A stretch of DNA of 64,000 bases from Eledone cirrhosa (GCA_964016885.1 OZ024741.1:343232001-343296000), one strand, 5' to 3'. Counted from the first letter of the stretch, positions 1 to 14,418 are shown. A program made the numbers and translations. Notes: generated by a model not told the origin, from the letters alone.

Positions 1-619
1 TGTGTGGTTACTGATAACGGCTGTTAGAAGGTAAGGAAACACAAACAAGAGGTGGATAGTCTCCCTTCGTCAGTAGTTAACTACGGGTCACGGATATATA
101 TATATACTGTAAAGAACTATCGCATGACTTGGGCTTCCTTGCTGATGAGTGTAACAGCCCGGTTGTGTAAATATCTGCACATATTACGTGATTTTCTGAA
201 CATTGAGGATCTATATCTGCATTTTTGAAGATATGTTGCACCGAAAGGATATCGTCCAAGGGATGAGAATTTCTCTTTACCTAAACACCGCCACACATCT
301 GCTAAAACTAAATGTCTGCACTCTGAACGGCTGATTGCAATTCCATTATTGCAATTCAGCAAATTCATTGAGTGAGCTAGGCGTTGGCCGGGGACCGTTC
401 AATTAATACCAGCGATCTTCGTTAATTTCATATAGTATATATATATATATATATAAAATGCTAAGAAACGAAAGGATATGTGTGGTTACTAAATACAAGG
501 TTTAATATGGTGGGTTGGACGGAACAAGAGGAGAAAGGAAGAAAGAAGAAAGAAGAATCCTTCGTCAGCTGTAAACCCGCGATCCAGATGTTTTCGGCGC
601 TTGTGTGTGTGTGTGTGAG

Positions 620-657
<38 letters not shown>

Positions 658-1193
658 TATATATATATCTAAGGCGGGTAAAATTCCCGAGATCCATGGA
701 CGAGTTCTCTCCAGCGGTCTCTGTCCCTCATTATCGCTGCCATGTCCTGCGTCTCCAATAGACCAGTATCTGTCCTTAGGGCATCAACATACGTTAACCT
801 TGGTCCTCCTCTTCTAGTGTGTCCATTATATATATATATAATGTATGTATATCTAGGGAGTGTAACGTGGAGTTACTACAGTATCAGCCGAATGAGCACT
901 CGATGCGTAGTTTCCCGTCTGTAACGAGGTGTAGAGCTAAACAGAGTGTAAATAATACTAAAAAGGACGATTTGTTATATACACATATAATTGGTTTGTA
1001 GCAAATTTCCTATTTGTAAATAGTTGTTAAAACTATCGTCTCGTCCTTTGTCCATTTGTTACTATCCTTTGTGCACTAGAGCCAGTTATAGAAATCTTAA
1101 AGCACCGACACAACATATCTCTACTGGTCGACTAATAAGAAGGGACTACTGTCTGTATTCGTTTATTTTGCTACCTTACCTATATTTTTATTC

Positions 1194-1232
<39 letters not shown>

Positions 1233-1378
1233 TGGTGATCGATTGACGCAGAAACAGGCGAGTAGCGATCTCTAGACCTACCAGTTCAGAGAAACAATTG
1301 TCATTAACTTGGTGTCCTTGAAATATGTATAATGAAATAAATATGGTTTTATAAATATAGTTTCCATTTGTAAATATC

Positions 1379-1444
<66 letters not shown>

Positions 1445-1884
1445 CTTTATTAGTCTAAAAGATTTTAGTGAAGACATTATTATTAACAATGATAATAGAA
1501 AATATGACGATATACATATATACATATGCATGCATGGTCCCGTAACTCCTGATGGAGTCGTAGGGACGCCGTATTGGCATAAGGCGTTTCTAGAGCATTT
1601 TAAGCCTGGTGGAGCCCATCTTCCCAGATCTGTAAACAGAAGATTTCTCCCAGAGAAAGATAGAACGTGAGAGAAGGGGATTGAGAAAGAGATATAGAGG
1701 AAGAATCGACCTCAGAACTAAACTGGTACATTTATATCGACCACGAATGAATGAAAAGCAAAGTTGACCTCGTTCTAACGACTCTGCTAATTCACTGCTT
1801 TTACATATATACATATATACATATATACATATATAAATACATGCATACACATATATAATTAAATTTATTTAAAGAAGAAATTAT

Positions 1885-2010
1885 AGTGGCTGAAATATCG
1901 AATAGAATGGTTTGCGGCTATCTGTCCTGCTTTCTGGGCTCTCTGATTTCAAACCTCGCCGAGATCAACTTTACCATCCACCCTTTCGAGGTCGATAAAA
2001 AACGTACCAG
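1885..2010 (+). mobile_element. tRNA-derived SINE fragment
   Basis: ttcaaacctcgccgagatcaactttaccatccaccctttcgaggtcgataaaa matches the window's SINE consensus. Confidence 0.7.
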
Positions 2011-2899
2011 TTATGTAGTGTGGCGTATTTTTTCCTTATCCCTCCTTCTTATCTCCCTCTTTTTCTGTTCAGACCTGAAGAGAAGGTGGGCATTGCTGAG
2101 TTTAAAATGCCCATGGTACGCTGTATCTCACAACCGCGCACCCACGACTCCAACAGGAGTTTTCAAGTCCATACATATGAAATATAAATATAGAACACAG
2201 AAGTATATTAGCAATTAACATTTGAAATAAAGTGGGTTAATGTGAACTGTACTAGAAGTTACCAATTGGATTCAGATATAAGATAAGAAAGAGAACACAA
2301 GAAATTTTCAGAAAAACACAATCAACGGTGCAATGGAAACAACCCCAAAATATAAATCCTCCTGGATGTACAGTTATAGAAGATTGGAAATTAACGGAAC
2401 ACAACATAAAGGTGAAAAGGTGAAAAATGTCAAAGGGGGACTTTCTGAACAACATAAGAGGCCAGAAATCAGTAAACACAGTACAGAAATTAGATTAGAA
2501 GTAAGTATATTCAGAGACAACCCCCCCCCCCCCAAAAAAAAAACGTATCCTACAAATGGTACTTTAAAGATAAACACACACTTAACATATAAAAGCTCCT
2601 GCAAATGATGATAAAAGAGAGAAAAGGAAATAAAAAATATAAATAAATAGGAACCTGGAAAAATAGAACATGTTATATTAAAGATATAAATACATATTAA
2701 TGTATAGACACTAACATCTGATGGAGTGGTAGGGGCGTCGTAGTGACACAGTATTTAATGTGTGTATAAAACCTCGATGAGCTCATCCCTCTCCGTATCT
2801 GAACGGAGTCGATTTCTTCCAGAGAAGGAGAGAAATTGATATATATATATATATGAGATGTCAACATGAATGGACCTGTTATTTTTATCTAAAGACATC

Positions 2900-3056
2900 T
2901 TTCCAATTCCAACCCACCCGTCCCTTCAATCTATCTTATTTCTCATTCTTTCTTCTGATAAAGGACCACCGTCCGAACATTACGACCCTCTTCCTGCTAT
3001 TTCAAGCGTTAATTCATTCCATATACTGTACCGATTGTGTTGTTATTTCTGTTTAC

Positions 3057-3060
<4 letters not shown>
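2900..3060 (+). mobile_element. Degenerate copy of HHR element family at 56170-56340
   Basis: Colinear similarity including decayed core (ctgataaaggaccaccgtccgaacatta). Confidence 0.7.
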
Positions 3061-3087
<27 letters not shown>

Positions 3088-3088
<1 letters not shown>

Positions 3089-3210
3089 AGTTGTAATAAA
3101 ATGAAAACGAAATTTCATTTCTCACTCTTAGTACGGCACTTACTTAAATGTAAGTATGTATGTATACGTACATACATATATGTATACATACGTACAGTAG
3201 CATGCATATA

Positions 3211-3242
<32 letters not shown>

Positions 3243-3663
3243 CACATACACATACAGGTACACATACATATATGTTACATTTAAGTAAGTGCCGTACTAA
3301 GAGTGAGAAATGAAATTTCGTTTTCATTTTATTACAACTTGTCGTTCTCGGTACGCCTGGCCGGACTCACTCGATATGCAAATTAGGCTGCTCAGCCGTT
3401 AATTTTCATAAGGAAAGTATATACTTTCGAACGTTCAACCATCTGGCAGAAGGGTATACGATGCTGATGATAGCTAACAAGCTTGAAACTAGTACATCGT
3501 TCCTGTGTCAGTGTTGAACAAAAAGGTGACGTGGTTGCCTTAACACCGTACGGCATAAATTCAGGCTGTTCAGTTTGTTTACAAACGAACAAAGCGGGCG
3601 CTATAATAAGCGTCCGCTAAACTGATACGTACATATATGTATGTGTACCTGTATGTGTATGTG

Positions 3664-3745
<82 letters not shown>

Positions 3746-3803
3746 TGCTACTGTACGTCTGTATACATATATGTATGTACGTATACATACATACTTACAT
3801 TTA
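3088..3803 (+). mobile_element. Non-coding HHR element family D: inverted arm 3088-3210 plus monomer ~3266-3803
   Basis: Homologous to 9151-9995; ttacattta at both ends of the monomer; internal (TA)n expansion. Confidence 0.7.
3458..3500 (+). ncRNA. Type-I hammerhead (family D)
   Basis: acgatg CTGATGA tagctaacaagctt GAAA ctag TA catcgt. Confidence 0.88.
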
Positions 3804-3813
3804 TATATATATA

Positions 3814-4210
3814 TATATTAATAAAAGGAATTCCAACTTTGTCTGATTTACTCGTTTTATTTACAATTCTTTAAATTTATAATGGTATTAGAATGAAATA
3901 GTATGGTAGAATATTAAATGCTAAGTGTTAATTGAACAAGTACTTTCATGCTTTCGCAATCTTCAGGTTCAAATTCTGTGGTGACAGTCAAGTTTGCAAT
4001 TTTCAACTGTAATGAGATGGGTAAAATCTGTGCCTTATATACAGTGAAAAGTGGCTACAGAATGCTAAATCTTGCAAACTGTATTTCGACCAATCGGTGT
4101 GTAGTTTCACTGGATTACTAAAGCTGATTGGTTTAGGCGTCACGGTTGGTTGAGCATGTCTAACGACTACTAATTGACCCCTCCAAAGCATCAATTGTTT
4201 TGCTATTTTT
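3814..4210 (-). repeat. PLE 3' pLTR
   Basis: Direct repeat of 7984-8381 with scattered substitutions. Confidence 0.9.
3932..3972 (-). ncRNA. Minimal type-I hammerhead ribozyme in PLE 3' pLTR
   Basis: rc: ttgaac CTGAAGA ttgc-gaaa-gcat GAAA gtac TT gttcaa; 6-bp stem I, palindromic loop 3. Confidence 0.85.
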
Positions 4211-4334
4211 AGAAATGATGAAAATAGCATTTTCTAGTAATCATCACCATCAACATCACTTTTATTATTATTGTTGTTGATGTTGTTAGTGGTCGTAGTC
4301 ATAGTCATAGTATTAGTCATAGTCATAGTCATAG

Positions 4335-4790
4335 TCATAGTTCATTTAGTTTGGGTTTGAATTTATCAATAACATTCTTTTCTTTAATTTTTCTCTTGAT
4401 TTCACTTGGGCTGTGTAATTTGTAGAATGGAAATATTATAAATATTCTCTGACCACATGTTGCTAGATGGTTACTCAGGGGTATCTGACGGACATTTGGG
4501 TCTCTGATTTGCTGTCGGTGTACCTGTGCACGTTCCGATAGTGCATTTCCAGTTTGACCGACATATAGTTCTTCAGAATTCGGGCATTTAATGGAGTAAA
4601 TTAGATTTCTGCTTTTGCAGTTCATATTTGAATTTGGGAATATTTTTCCAGTTTTTGTTTTGATATATTGACCGGCGTGTTTGGATTGGCATGTGCCACA
4701 TCGACTATCATTGCATTTAGATACAGTGAATGATTGGTCTTTGTTGTTAAGGTCAAACTTTGATTTTGTTAGCCGAAAAATTTGAAGCAA
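4335..4790 (-). pseudogene. PLE GIY-YIG endonuclease domain
   Basis: CGTC...NCKSRNLIYSIKCPNSEELYVGQTG...HRQQI...KFKPKLN. Confidence 0.9.
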
Positions 4791-4829
4791 TTACTAACAA
4801 AAGCAAAGTTTGACCTTAACAACAAAGAT

Positions 4830-6660
4830 CTGTGATTAAGCCTTTTAATTCATTACTTTCAGCAATGATCGGTAGGTTTGCTTTGGCAGTGTTGAAGATA
4901 TTCTGGTGACATGGGTTGTGTGTCATTATAAATGGTATGACCAGTTCTTGGTTTCTTCTTCCTTGGGTTGTCCTAAGTTGTTGTATAGGTATTTTTATAG
5001 CCCGCTGTATGCCATTTTCTATAAGTAGAGATGGGTATTTTTGTTTGAGCAAAGATTCTCTTAGTTCTGTTAGGCGTTTGTTCCTGGTAGTCGTATCTTC
5101 TACAATGGTACAAATTCTTCTGGCTAGGCAGTATGGGATGTTGCGTTTTGTATGAGGTGGATGGCACGACTTAAAATTCAGATATTGATGGGTGTCTGTG
5201 TTTATAATATATATCCGTGGTAATGGTGGTGTCGTTTTTGATTATAATTATATCTAGGAATGGTAATTTGGTACTACTAATCTCTTTTGTGAATTGGAGA
5301 GATGGGTGTAGGTTATTCAGGAGGATATTGAACTCATCCAGAGTATCTAGAGATTCTGTCCAGATGATGAAACAGTCGTCAAGGTTTCTAAAGTCAGTAC
5401 TATATTTTTCCTCTATTTCTTGGTAGAGTTGTTGTTCTAAGATCCCATTACAGAGTTCGCGTAAACGGGAGCAAATTTCGTTCCCATCGCCGTGCCTCTA
5501 ATTTGGATGTAATTCTTTCCATTGAAGAAGATAGTGTTGTTTTCCAGAATAAGTTTAACTGCATCTAATATAAATGGCGCTGTGAATCTGATGGGAATCA
5601 CTTCTGTTTTTCCACCCAGTATTTAACCGCCTTTATTCCTAAATCATGTGTAATGTTGGTGTAAAGGCTTACCACATCAAAACTAAGAAGTGAATTCGTT
5701 TCCGTGGTTTTGAGAATATGGGACAGGAAGTCGATATCATCCCGGATGAAACTGGGTATGTGAATACATAGTGGTTTCAAAATAATGTCAACAAAATTGC
5801 TTAGACGGTGGGTGGGGCATGTTGGACCAGCTATAATAGGTCTAAGTTTTAAGTCTTTTGGGTGTAGTAATTTAATGTACTCAATCTTTTGTCCTTTTAC
5901 TGCCAGTTGTATTTCTTTTGACTTGTGAACTTTCGGTAGACCATACAGGTTGCTGGGTTTTGGCTCAAAATTGGTGATGTAGTCTCTTTCCTTATCAGTA
6001 AGTGAGTTGTGGTATTTTGAAGCCAGGTTGTTGATCTTCTTCATGATGTTGTGGTCTATATTTGACGGTATTTCATGATAGAATGTTGTGTCTTTCAGTT
6101 GTTCCTCAACCAAATCTTTGTAGTATTCAGTATCCATTATAACAACTGCACCCCCTTTATCTGCTTGTTTAATTATTATTGTTTTATCATTTTGTATACA
6201 TTTAAGTGCAGGCATTTTTGATTTGTTAATGTTTGGCCTGACATTTGTATTACGTCTAAGAGGAAATTTAAACAGGATGTTAATGTATTGGTCGAGATAG
6301 ATATTTCTTCCTTTTGGCGGAGTGAAATTTGATTTATTCTTTACTAGTGATTCATCACTCTCATTACTTTTATCAGCGAAGAATTCTACAAGACGTAATT
6401 TTCGACAGAATTCTTGGGTATCCTCCTTCAGTTCTTGGTGGTTGACTGTTGGAGTCGGTGTGAATTTCACTCCTTTGGACAGAATTTGCATTTCATCATT
6501 GTCAAGATCTCTTTTGGATAACTTAATTATTTTAGGATCTACGTGTACAGATGTTTTGGGTGTTTCCTCCTGGAGTTTTTCTTTTTCCGGTTTTTGGTGT
6601 CCTGACGTTAAAAAATGGATTTTTCTCTGTTCAGGATTTATATTCCTGTTGGTGTTTGCT
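4830..6660 (-). pseudogene. PLE reverse transcriptase (frameshifted)
   Basis: ORFs 5598-6491 and 4816-5052 plus intervening frames carry PLE RT and thumb motifs. Confidence 0.9.
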
Positions 6661-7983
6661 TGATGAACTTTTGGTCATGATATTATATTTGGTTTCGTTA
6701 CGTATTTTGTCCTACTTTTGGTATTATGTATATTATTTTTAACATTATTTTTAACAATCTGGGGAAATGACCTAGGTTGCTTTCAGGTTTAGATCGTTTT
6801 TTCGCCCAGTTTCTTGTGGGTAATCTCTGTTGAGATCTTGAGAGTTATCTGGTCATTCTAGGTTTTTTTTTTTTTTTTTTTCCCCCGTTCCTTGTGGGTA
6901 GTCTCTGTTGAGATCTTGAGAATGATCTCCTGGTTTTACTACTTTTCATGGTCTCGTCAAAGGAATATCTATCGTGTTTGTGCTTTTTGTTCATGTTGTG
7001 TGCGTTAGGGTGTTTTTGTACAAAAAGCGAAGAGTTATTACCGTAGTTCTTCTTTGATTCAAGGTAAGGTGAGTGTTTGTGTTGGCACGTGTTCTGGCGT
7101 ATGTTGTGTCGGTGAGATTGTCCACTTTTAACGCTTTTTCTCAGGGTTCGTGAGTCTTTACCGTAATTTGCAGCATATTCGTCGAGAAATAATTGTTTCT
7201 GCTGTTATACCTTTCTTGATTTGTTTTCTTCTTTTGAGATATCTCTGAGCCATAGTTCTCGTAGTTTTTCAGCTATAATACCAGTCGTTAGCTTTGAAAT
7301 TTCAACTTCAATTTGGTCATCGATAGCTTCATATTTGGCTTTGTAGCGGGATTGTTTACATTGAGAAATGGAGATGTCGGTCCTGAATTTTGTGAATGTA
7401 AGTTCCCATCGGAGTTTTGTTTCTTCTTCTGGTTCTCCTGCAAGTTCTGTAATTAGGTATTTACGAGGGAGTATGGGTGCCGTTAGAGAGAGCCATTTCG
7501 AATGTGTTTCGACATATTTTTCGCATTTGTATGCTTTCCAGAAGTTTTGTTTTCTTATGTTAAGAAATTTTTTTTTTCCATGTCTTCTACATTTCTTTTC
7601 TTATTCGATGTGTTTTGTTTTCCAAATTTCTTTCGTTTAGTTCTGACATCCAAGGGGGTTGTGGTAGGCTTTCTCTTGTATTTTTGATAACAGTTGGTAT
7701 AATTTCAGTTAAATTCTTAATTTCAGAGTTTATATGTTTAGTTATACAATCAACAGACGGAAAACTTGTATTTTTATTTCCTTTGTATTTCTATTTCCTT
7801 TAAAATAGAGGATTGTGTGTGAATCATCGTGATAAGTGTTGATAATTTCGATGATATCTCCTTTAGAATTCTTTCTGATTTTGTTGATTTCATTTGTTGC
7901 TTTCCAGTCATGTTGGCATATACACAATAGGAATATATATATAGATAAATATACACGGGTGTGTATGATTGTGGATAGAAGAT

Positions 7984-8381
7984 TATATTAATAAAAGGAA
8001 TTCCAACTTTGTCTGATTTACTCGTTTTATTTACAATCCTTTAAGATTTATAATGGTATTAGAATGAAATAGTATGGTAGAATATTAAATGTTAAGTGTT
8101 AATTGAACAAATACTTTCATGCTTTCGCAATCTTCAGGTTCATGTTCTGTGGTGACAGTCAAGTTTGCAATTTTCAACTATAATGAGATGGGAAAATTTA
8201 GTGCCTTATATACAGTGAAAACTGGCTACAGATGTTAAATCTTGCAAACTGTATTTCGACCAATCGGTGTGTAGTTTCACTGGATTACTAAAGCTGATTG
8301 GTTTAGGCGTCACGGTTGGTTGAGCATGTCTAACGACTACTAATTGACCCTATCCAAAGCATCAATTGTTTTGCTATTTTT
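7984..8381 (-). repeat. PLE 5' pLTR
   Basis: Direct repeat of 3814-4210. Confidence 0.9.
8103..8142 (-). ncRNA. Minimal type-I hammerhead in PLE 5' pLTR
   Basis: Same motif as 3932-3972; loop 3 reads gtat. Confidence 0.75.
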
Positions 8382-8384
8382 GCT

Positions 8385-8932
<548 letters not shown>

Positions 8933-9411
8933 GTGGAGAACAGACCGTTAAAACATGTTTATTTAAAATAGCACCTACGTATGTTTCGCCCGAATGGACT
9001 CCACAAGAGCATAACAACTAAAAAGCGTTCCTTACATGACTTGACCCGGAATGGGTTTTTAGAGATAAGTTCATGTCAGAGTTCATTCTTCGTAAAAAAA
9101 CATGTATTGATTTTGCAGTAGGTCAAGGGATATATATATATATATATATAAACGGAAAAATGAAACGAAATTTCATTTCCCACTCTTAGTACGGCTGTTA
9201 CTTATATAAGTATGTATACGTACCTACATATATGTATTCAGACGTACAGTAGTATGTATATATATATACATACATGCACACATATATATATGTACATATG
9301 GATTCACCGACCATTTATTATAATGCTCGGCGTGTTTGTAAACAAACATCCCGTATTAAGCCGTAGTGTCTAGCAATCATCGTTGCTCGTTTGTTAAACA
9401 CTGACAAAGGA

Positions 9412-9454
9412 ACGCTGTACTGGTTTCAAGCTTATTGGCTATCGTCAGCAACGT
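9412..9454 (-). ncRNA. Type-I hammerhead (family D)
   Basis: rc: acgttg CTGACGA tagccaataagctt GAAA ccag TA cagcgt. Confidence 0.8.
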
Positions 9455-9765
9455 ATACCTTCCTGCCGGATGATTGGACGTCTGAAAGTATATACTTTCC
9501 TTATGCATATTAATGGCTGAGCAGCCTAATTTGCATATCGAGTGGGTTAATCGACCGGGTGCTCCGAAAACGATAAACGGAAAAAATGAAACGAAATTTC
9601 ATTTCCCACTCTTAGTACGGCTGAGTTTCATTTTTTCCGTTTCATTTTTTCCGTTTATCGTTTTAGGTGCACCTCGCCGATTAACCCATTCGATTTGCAA
9701 ATTAGGCTACTCAGCCTAAGGAAAGAATATACTTTCAGACGTTCAATCATCTGGTAGGAAGGTAT

Positions 9766-9808
9766 ACGTTGCTGACGATAGCTAATAAGCTTGAAACTAG
9801 TACAGCGT
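9766..9808 (+). ncRNA. Type-I hammerhead (family D)
   Basis: acgttg CTGACGA tagctaataagctt GAAA ctag TA cagcgt. Confidence 0.87.
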
Positions 9809-10009
9809 TCCTTTGTCAGTGTTGAACAAACGAGCAACGATCGTTACTAGACACTACGGCTTAATACGGGATGTTTGTTTACAAACACACCGAGCATTAT
9901 AATAAATGTTCGGTGATTCTATACGTACATATAAATATGTGTGCATGTATGTATATATATATACATACCACTGTACGTCTGTATACATATATGTAGGTAC
10001 GTATACATA

Positions 10010-10086
<77 letters not shown>

Positions 10087-10105
10087 TCCGTACAACCTCA
10101 TTTAA

Positions 10106-10148
10106 ACCGAGCTGATGATCCGAATAAGGGGAAACAATTGTTCTCGGT
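10106..10148 (+). ncRNA. Type-I hammerhead in ~100 bp insert between (TA)n tracts
   Basis: accgag CTGATGA tcc-gaataa-ggg GAAA caattg TT ctcggt. Confidence 0.87.
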
Positions 10149-10674
10149 CATGGTCAACTAACTGCTGTGGAACTACTACTACTATATATATATAAATAGA
10201 CATTGATTATTATTACACATGTTTTACTACCAGGCTGCAAACTTAAATGAAATAACTGTATGCTAGACACGCTGATTTTTTTTAAAGGGAAGTCTGGGTC
10301 ATTCCACATCCCTTCCATACACATACTATGTATGCATGTATATACATGAATGCACAAATTCACAGTCCCTTGACCTCGATGTCTGACTATTCTATCTGTC
10401 TGAGTTTGATTGTTTGTTACTGTCACACAAAATATTACGTTCAGCTAAGTGAGTCTTGTGGCTTGACGTGTTCTCTAGTCAGTATTCTAATCCAATATAA
10501 TTCAGAGCACTTTTTCAGGGATCGCTTGGCCTAAGATTTAAACCTGATGGCGGGCCGGATAAAAGACTTTCACAGGCTGGGGGTTGCCAACCCCTATCCT
10601 AGAACATATATTCTATAGCAAAAGAATATAGCCAAATACAAGTCACAGGATTAAATATTACTAATATAAAACGA

Positions 10675-11122
10675 AGGCGCATGGTTTGTTGGCTAGAGAA
10701 TTGGATTCGCAATCGTTAGGTTGCATTCCCGGATGGAAGCATTGTTTCTCTGGTCCGATTTGATGAGTTAATCCCACTCAGTATGGTGAATGGATTTGTG
10801 ATTAGGGCTTCAGGCTTGCAATTGAGAGATTGTGAGTTCAATTCTTGGACCGGGTGGAATGTTGTGTCCTTGAGCAAGACACTTTATTCCACGTTACTCC
10901 GGTTTACTCAGCTGTAGATCTCAGTTCAGACATCATTGGTGTCAAGCTGTATCGGTCATTGCCTTTCCCTTAGATAACATTGGTGGCGTGAAGAGGGGGG
11001 GTGGTGGCTGGTATCCATGGGCGACTACTGGTCCTCCATAAACAAACCTTGTCCAGGCTTGTGCCTCGGAGGGAAACATTCTAGGTGCAAAACCATGGTC
11101 ATTCGTGACCGATGAGAGCCTG
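10675..11122 (+). mobile_element. Second tRNA-derived SINE family (other pieces 24725-24840 and 63110-63180, minus)
   Basis: B-box-like gagttcaattc followed by gttgtgtccttgagcaagacacttt. Confidence 0.75.
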
Positions 11123-11177
<55 letters not shown>

Positions 11178-11185
11178 ATTTAATC

Positions 11186-11432
<247 letters not shown>

Positions 11433-12209
11433 TATTTCTGTTCACCTTTTACATACATATATATACATATATATATATATTATTAGTAGCAATATGTAGT
11501 GTAAAATTGAACATTTATTGAATTCTACATGTATATAGCGTTTTCCCGATGTGCTAAAATGAGTAGTCAGCACTTCATATTTATAAACAACCGATGTCTA
11601 ATGAATGAAATGTATTCAAGTTATTCTTGCCATTTGATTGAATTAAAGATGTTCAGATGTCTCTCAATTTGTTTTTCTTATTTTGCATTGTATAACAACA
11701 TTCTTCAATAAATCAATCTTTACTGATAAAATCTAAAGAAACAGTTTTGAATCAAGTAATGAATCGACAATATATTGTTGTCTTCATTATCTGTGATATT
11801 AACCTGTGATTGACCCTGTATAAAGTTTCTTAACAGCCATCACTCTTGCTATTATGAAAGTGCATGGAAGTCACTGTCGGGTTGTATGAATCTGGTTAAA
11901 TTAAGATGAATGAAATATATGAAAATAAATAGTAAAACATTGTCGAGAACAACTGGAAATGTTTTGGTGCCGAATTCACTCAAAATATAATACCTCGAAG
12001 TGGGAGGAACATAAAAAAATGATGTACATATAAAACGTACGTATAATTTGGCAATATCACATAGATACTCTACTGAAACATATCTATAGTCTACAGAATC
12101 CCCTACAAATAAGCTGATCAATGATGATAACAGAAGTGTTAACGCAAAAACATACCAATAACACCTAATGACATACAAATCTAAAGAGTAAAATTCAAAT
12201 TCTCATGAT

Positions 12210-12360
12210 AATTGTTTCTACCTTTGGCACAAGGCCTGCAATTATCCCAGTGCATTACTGGTACTTTATTTTATCGACTTCAGCGGGATTTGAACTCAGA
12301 CCGAACTCTATGCTGCGAAGCGTGGCGTCCGACTCTCTACCGATACTGCCAATCCACCGC
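12210..12360 (-). mobile_element. tRNA-derived SINE
   Basis: ggcacaaggcc...cagtgcattactggtactttattttatcgac...gggatttgaactcaga. Confidence 0.8.
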
Positions 12361-12717
12361 CCTGTCATGATAATGATAATACCAATCACATTACTAATCT
12401 ATGATCTAGAGGAGCAACAAAACACGCCAATATCACTTCGTCATGAAAGTGAGACTGTAAACGTCTAGAAAGGTTTATGATGAATTTAGGAGTTATACTG
12501 TCCAAAAGAGTTGAAAATTAAATCGTACAAAATTATGAAAGCTTGATAAGAGTAAAACACACGCACTATGGCCTCGGGCGGATGGCTGGAACAGGTAAAA
12601 GAGTATATACAGTTTATTGGATCGTCAGGTATGAAATTTGTAGAAATTTAGTTTTTTCTCCAATTTTCTACAAATTTTATACTTGACGACCCAATATATA
12701 TATATATATATATATAT

Positions 12718-12905
12718 AGGAACCAGTAAGACCCCGACAGCTGAGCTCAAGCCGTTTCGACGGCTAATTCTCGAGAATTAGCCGTCGAAACGGCTTGAGC
12801 TCAGCTGTCGGGGTCTTACTGGTTCCTATTACCCACTCTACTACCTCAAGTATTGAGTACTTTGGTGCGTTATGGTCCACCTGGTTCCTTACCACATTTC
12901 CTTCG

Positions 12906-12907
<2 letters not shown>
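12718..12907 (+). mobile_element. Family B 3' remnant with perfect 110 bp palindrome (12718-12827)
   Basis: Near-identical to 55439-55571; centre ttctcgagaa. Confidence 0.85.
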
Positions 12908-12947
<40 letters not shown>

Positions 12948-13921
12948 TAATAAAAACAATGAATAAAAACAAAGAAACAGTTCCTTATATTAAAAAATTC
13001 ATCATTTTACTATCGTTTCTAGGATATATATGTGTGTGTTGGTATGTATATCATATAGATCTATGTAAATATTTTACAAACTATCAGAGGAAATATACAT
13101 ACCTACACATATATATGCTGTCTTCAGAAATAATGATATTTGTTTATTGAAAAAAACCAACAAAGATTTAATATAATTTATCTTTCCTGTGATTTTCATC
13201 GAAAAATTTTTTGAATGCATCTTCTCTTTTCATGATATTTGCATTACATTGAGTTCTTCATACGGATTAGACACCTCCGTATATTTTGGTAGATTTATAT
13301 ATATATATATAAAGAAAATTTCCCTCTACATGGCTGAATACAATAAATGTAATCTGAGTTATTCGAATATTAATAACATTCGATTCGTTTGCAATTATGC
13401 AAACAAGCATCAATATCGGTAGCATGAACCCTCCATTCTTGCTCTTCTGTTGGCATGTGAACAGAACTGCAGACACTAATGTTTCTGGGTATCACCCTTC
13501 ATGAATACAGCTCACTGTTCACCTGCCAAACTGTCAGAGCTAGTGAAAATATATGCTATTTTCAAAAATACACAGTGACTGATCGGCCTGATTTGCATAT
13601 TAGCAGACTGGCTGATCAGTCAGATCTGCATATTAGCAGATCCAGGTGATACCCAGAAACATTTAAAAGCATGAAATTGCGTTCCCTCTCTTTTTTGTTG
13701 TTTTTGATGCTGTTGGTATGATAGCAGCTGTTGGTCGTACTAGTAACGCAGTCTCGTCCTTCTTCAGCCAATCGTGTATATCCCCTTCTGCCTCGTCTAC
13801 CTAAACAATGATTGTAGCACCTCCTTGTACACAATGTTCCTTGTTCTTCCGTGTCGGGCATTATGCAAAGAGATTTGTCTTGCTTCCCACTCTTGAGCAG
13901 CCAACGTATAGTTAAAAAAGT

Positions 13922-14105
13922 AAATAAGTGGAAACAAAACAGTGCAATCAAATTTTTGCGGATATAATATATATATATATTGAGTGAGTGTGAAAGACTA
14001 AAGGTCATTATTGAAAGTCTCTGGATTTCGCAAAATACATTATATTTTTTATTGGAGATATTTTCCGCAAAAGTTTGATTGCACTGTTTTGTTTCCACTT
14101 ATTTA
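13922..14105. repeat. ~47 bp inverted repeat around (TA)n
   Basis: aaataagtggaaacaaaacagtgcaatcaaa...gcgga / tccgcaaaagtttgattgcactgttttgtttccacttattt. Confidence 0.7.
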
Positions 14106-14169
14106 TTTTTTGAAAATAATTTATTCATTATAAAAAATTAAATGATAGCATTCTACATGTAGGTGAAGT

Positions 14170-14330
14170 GAGGTGGATTGGCAGTATCGGTAGCGGGTCG
14201 GACTCTATGCTGTGTAGCATAGAGTTACGGCCCTTTACGACCTGAGTTCAAATCCTCACTGGGGTTGATTTAATCGACTTTCCTCTCCCCCAAAATTTCT
14301 GGCGTTGTGCCTATATAAGAAGCCATTCTA
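14170..14330 (+). mobile_element. tRNA-derived SINE
   Basis: ggattggcagtatcggtag...gagttcaaatcc. Confidence 0.75.
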
Positions 14331-14367
14331 TGTGGCAACCAATATTTTTAGACCCAGTCCGCCACAC

Positions 14368-14418
<51 letters not shown>

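Larger units (their letters stand above)
3814..8381 (-). mobile_element. Penelope-like retroelement, near full length, degenerate, with two direct pLTRs, flanked by (TA)n
   Basis: Minus-strand RT pieces ([55 protein letters not shown]) followed by GIY-YIG; ~395 bp direct repeats 3814-4210 and 7984-8381. Confidence 0.93.
9151..9995. mobile_element. Family D head-to-head pair: minus copy 9151-9623 (~426 bp unit + ~47 bp redundancy), plus copy 9624-9995
   Basis: aacggaaaaatgaaacgaaatttcatttcccactcttagtacggctg at 9151 and 9577; inverted second copy; (TA)n on both flanks. Confidence 0.8.

Noticed and set aside
10675-10860. tRNA gene
   Set aside because: A/B-box-like SINE head without a full cloverleaf
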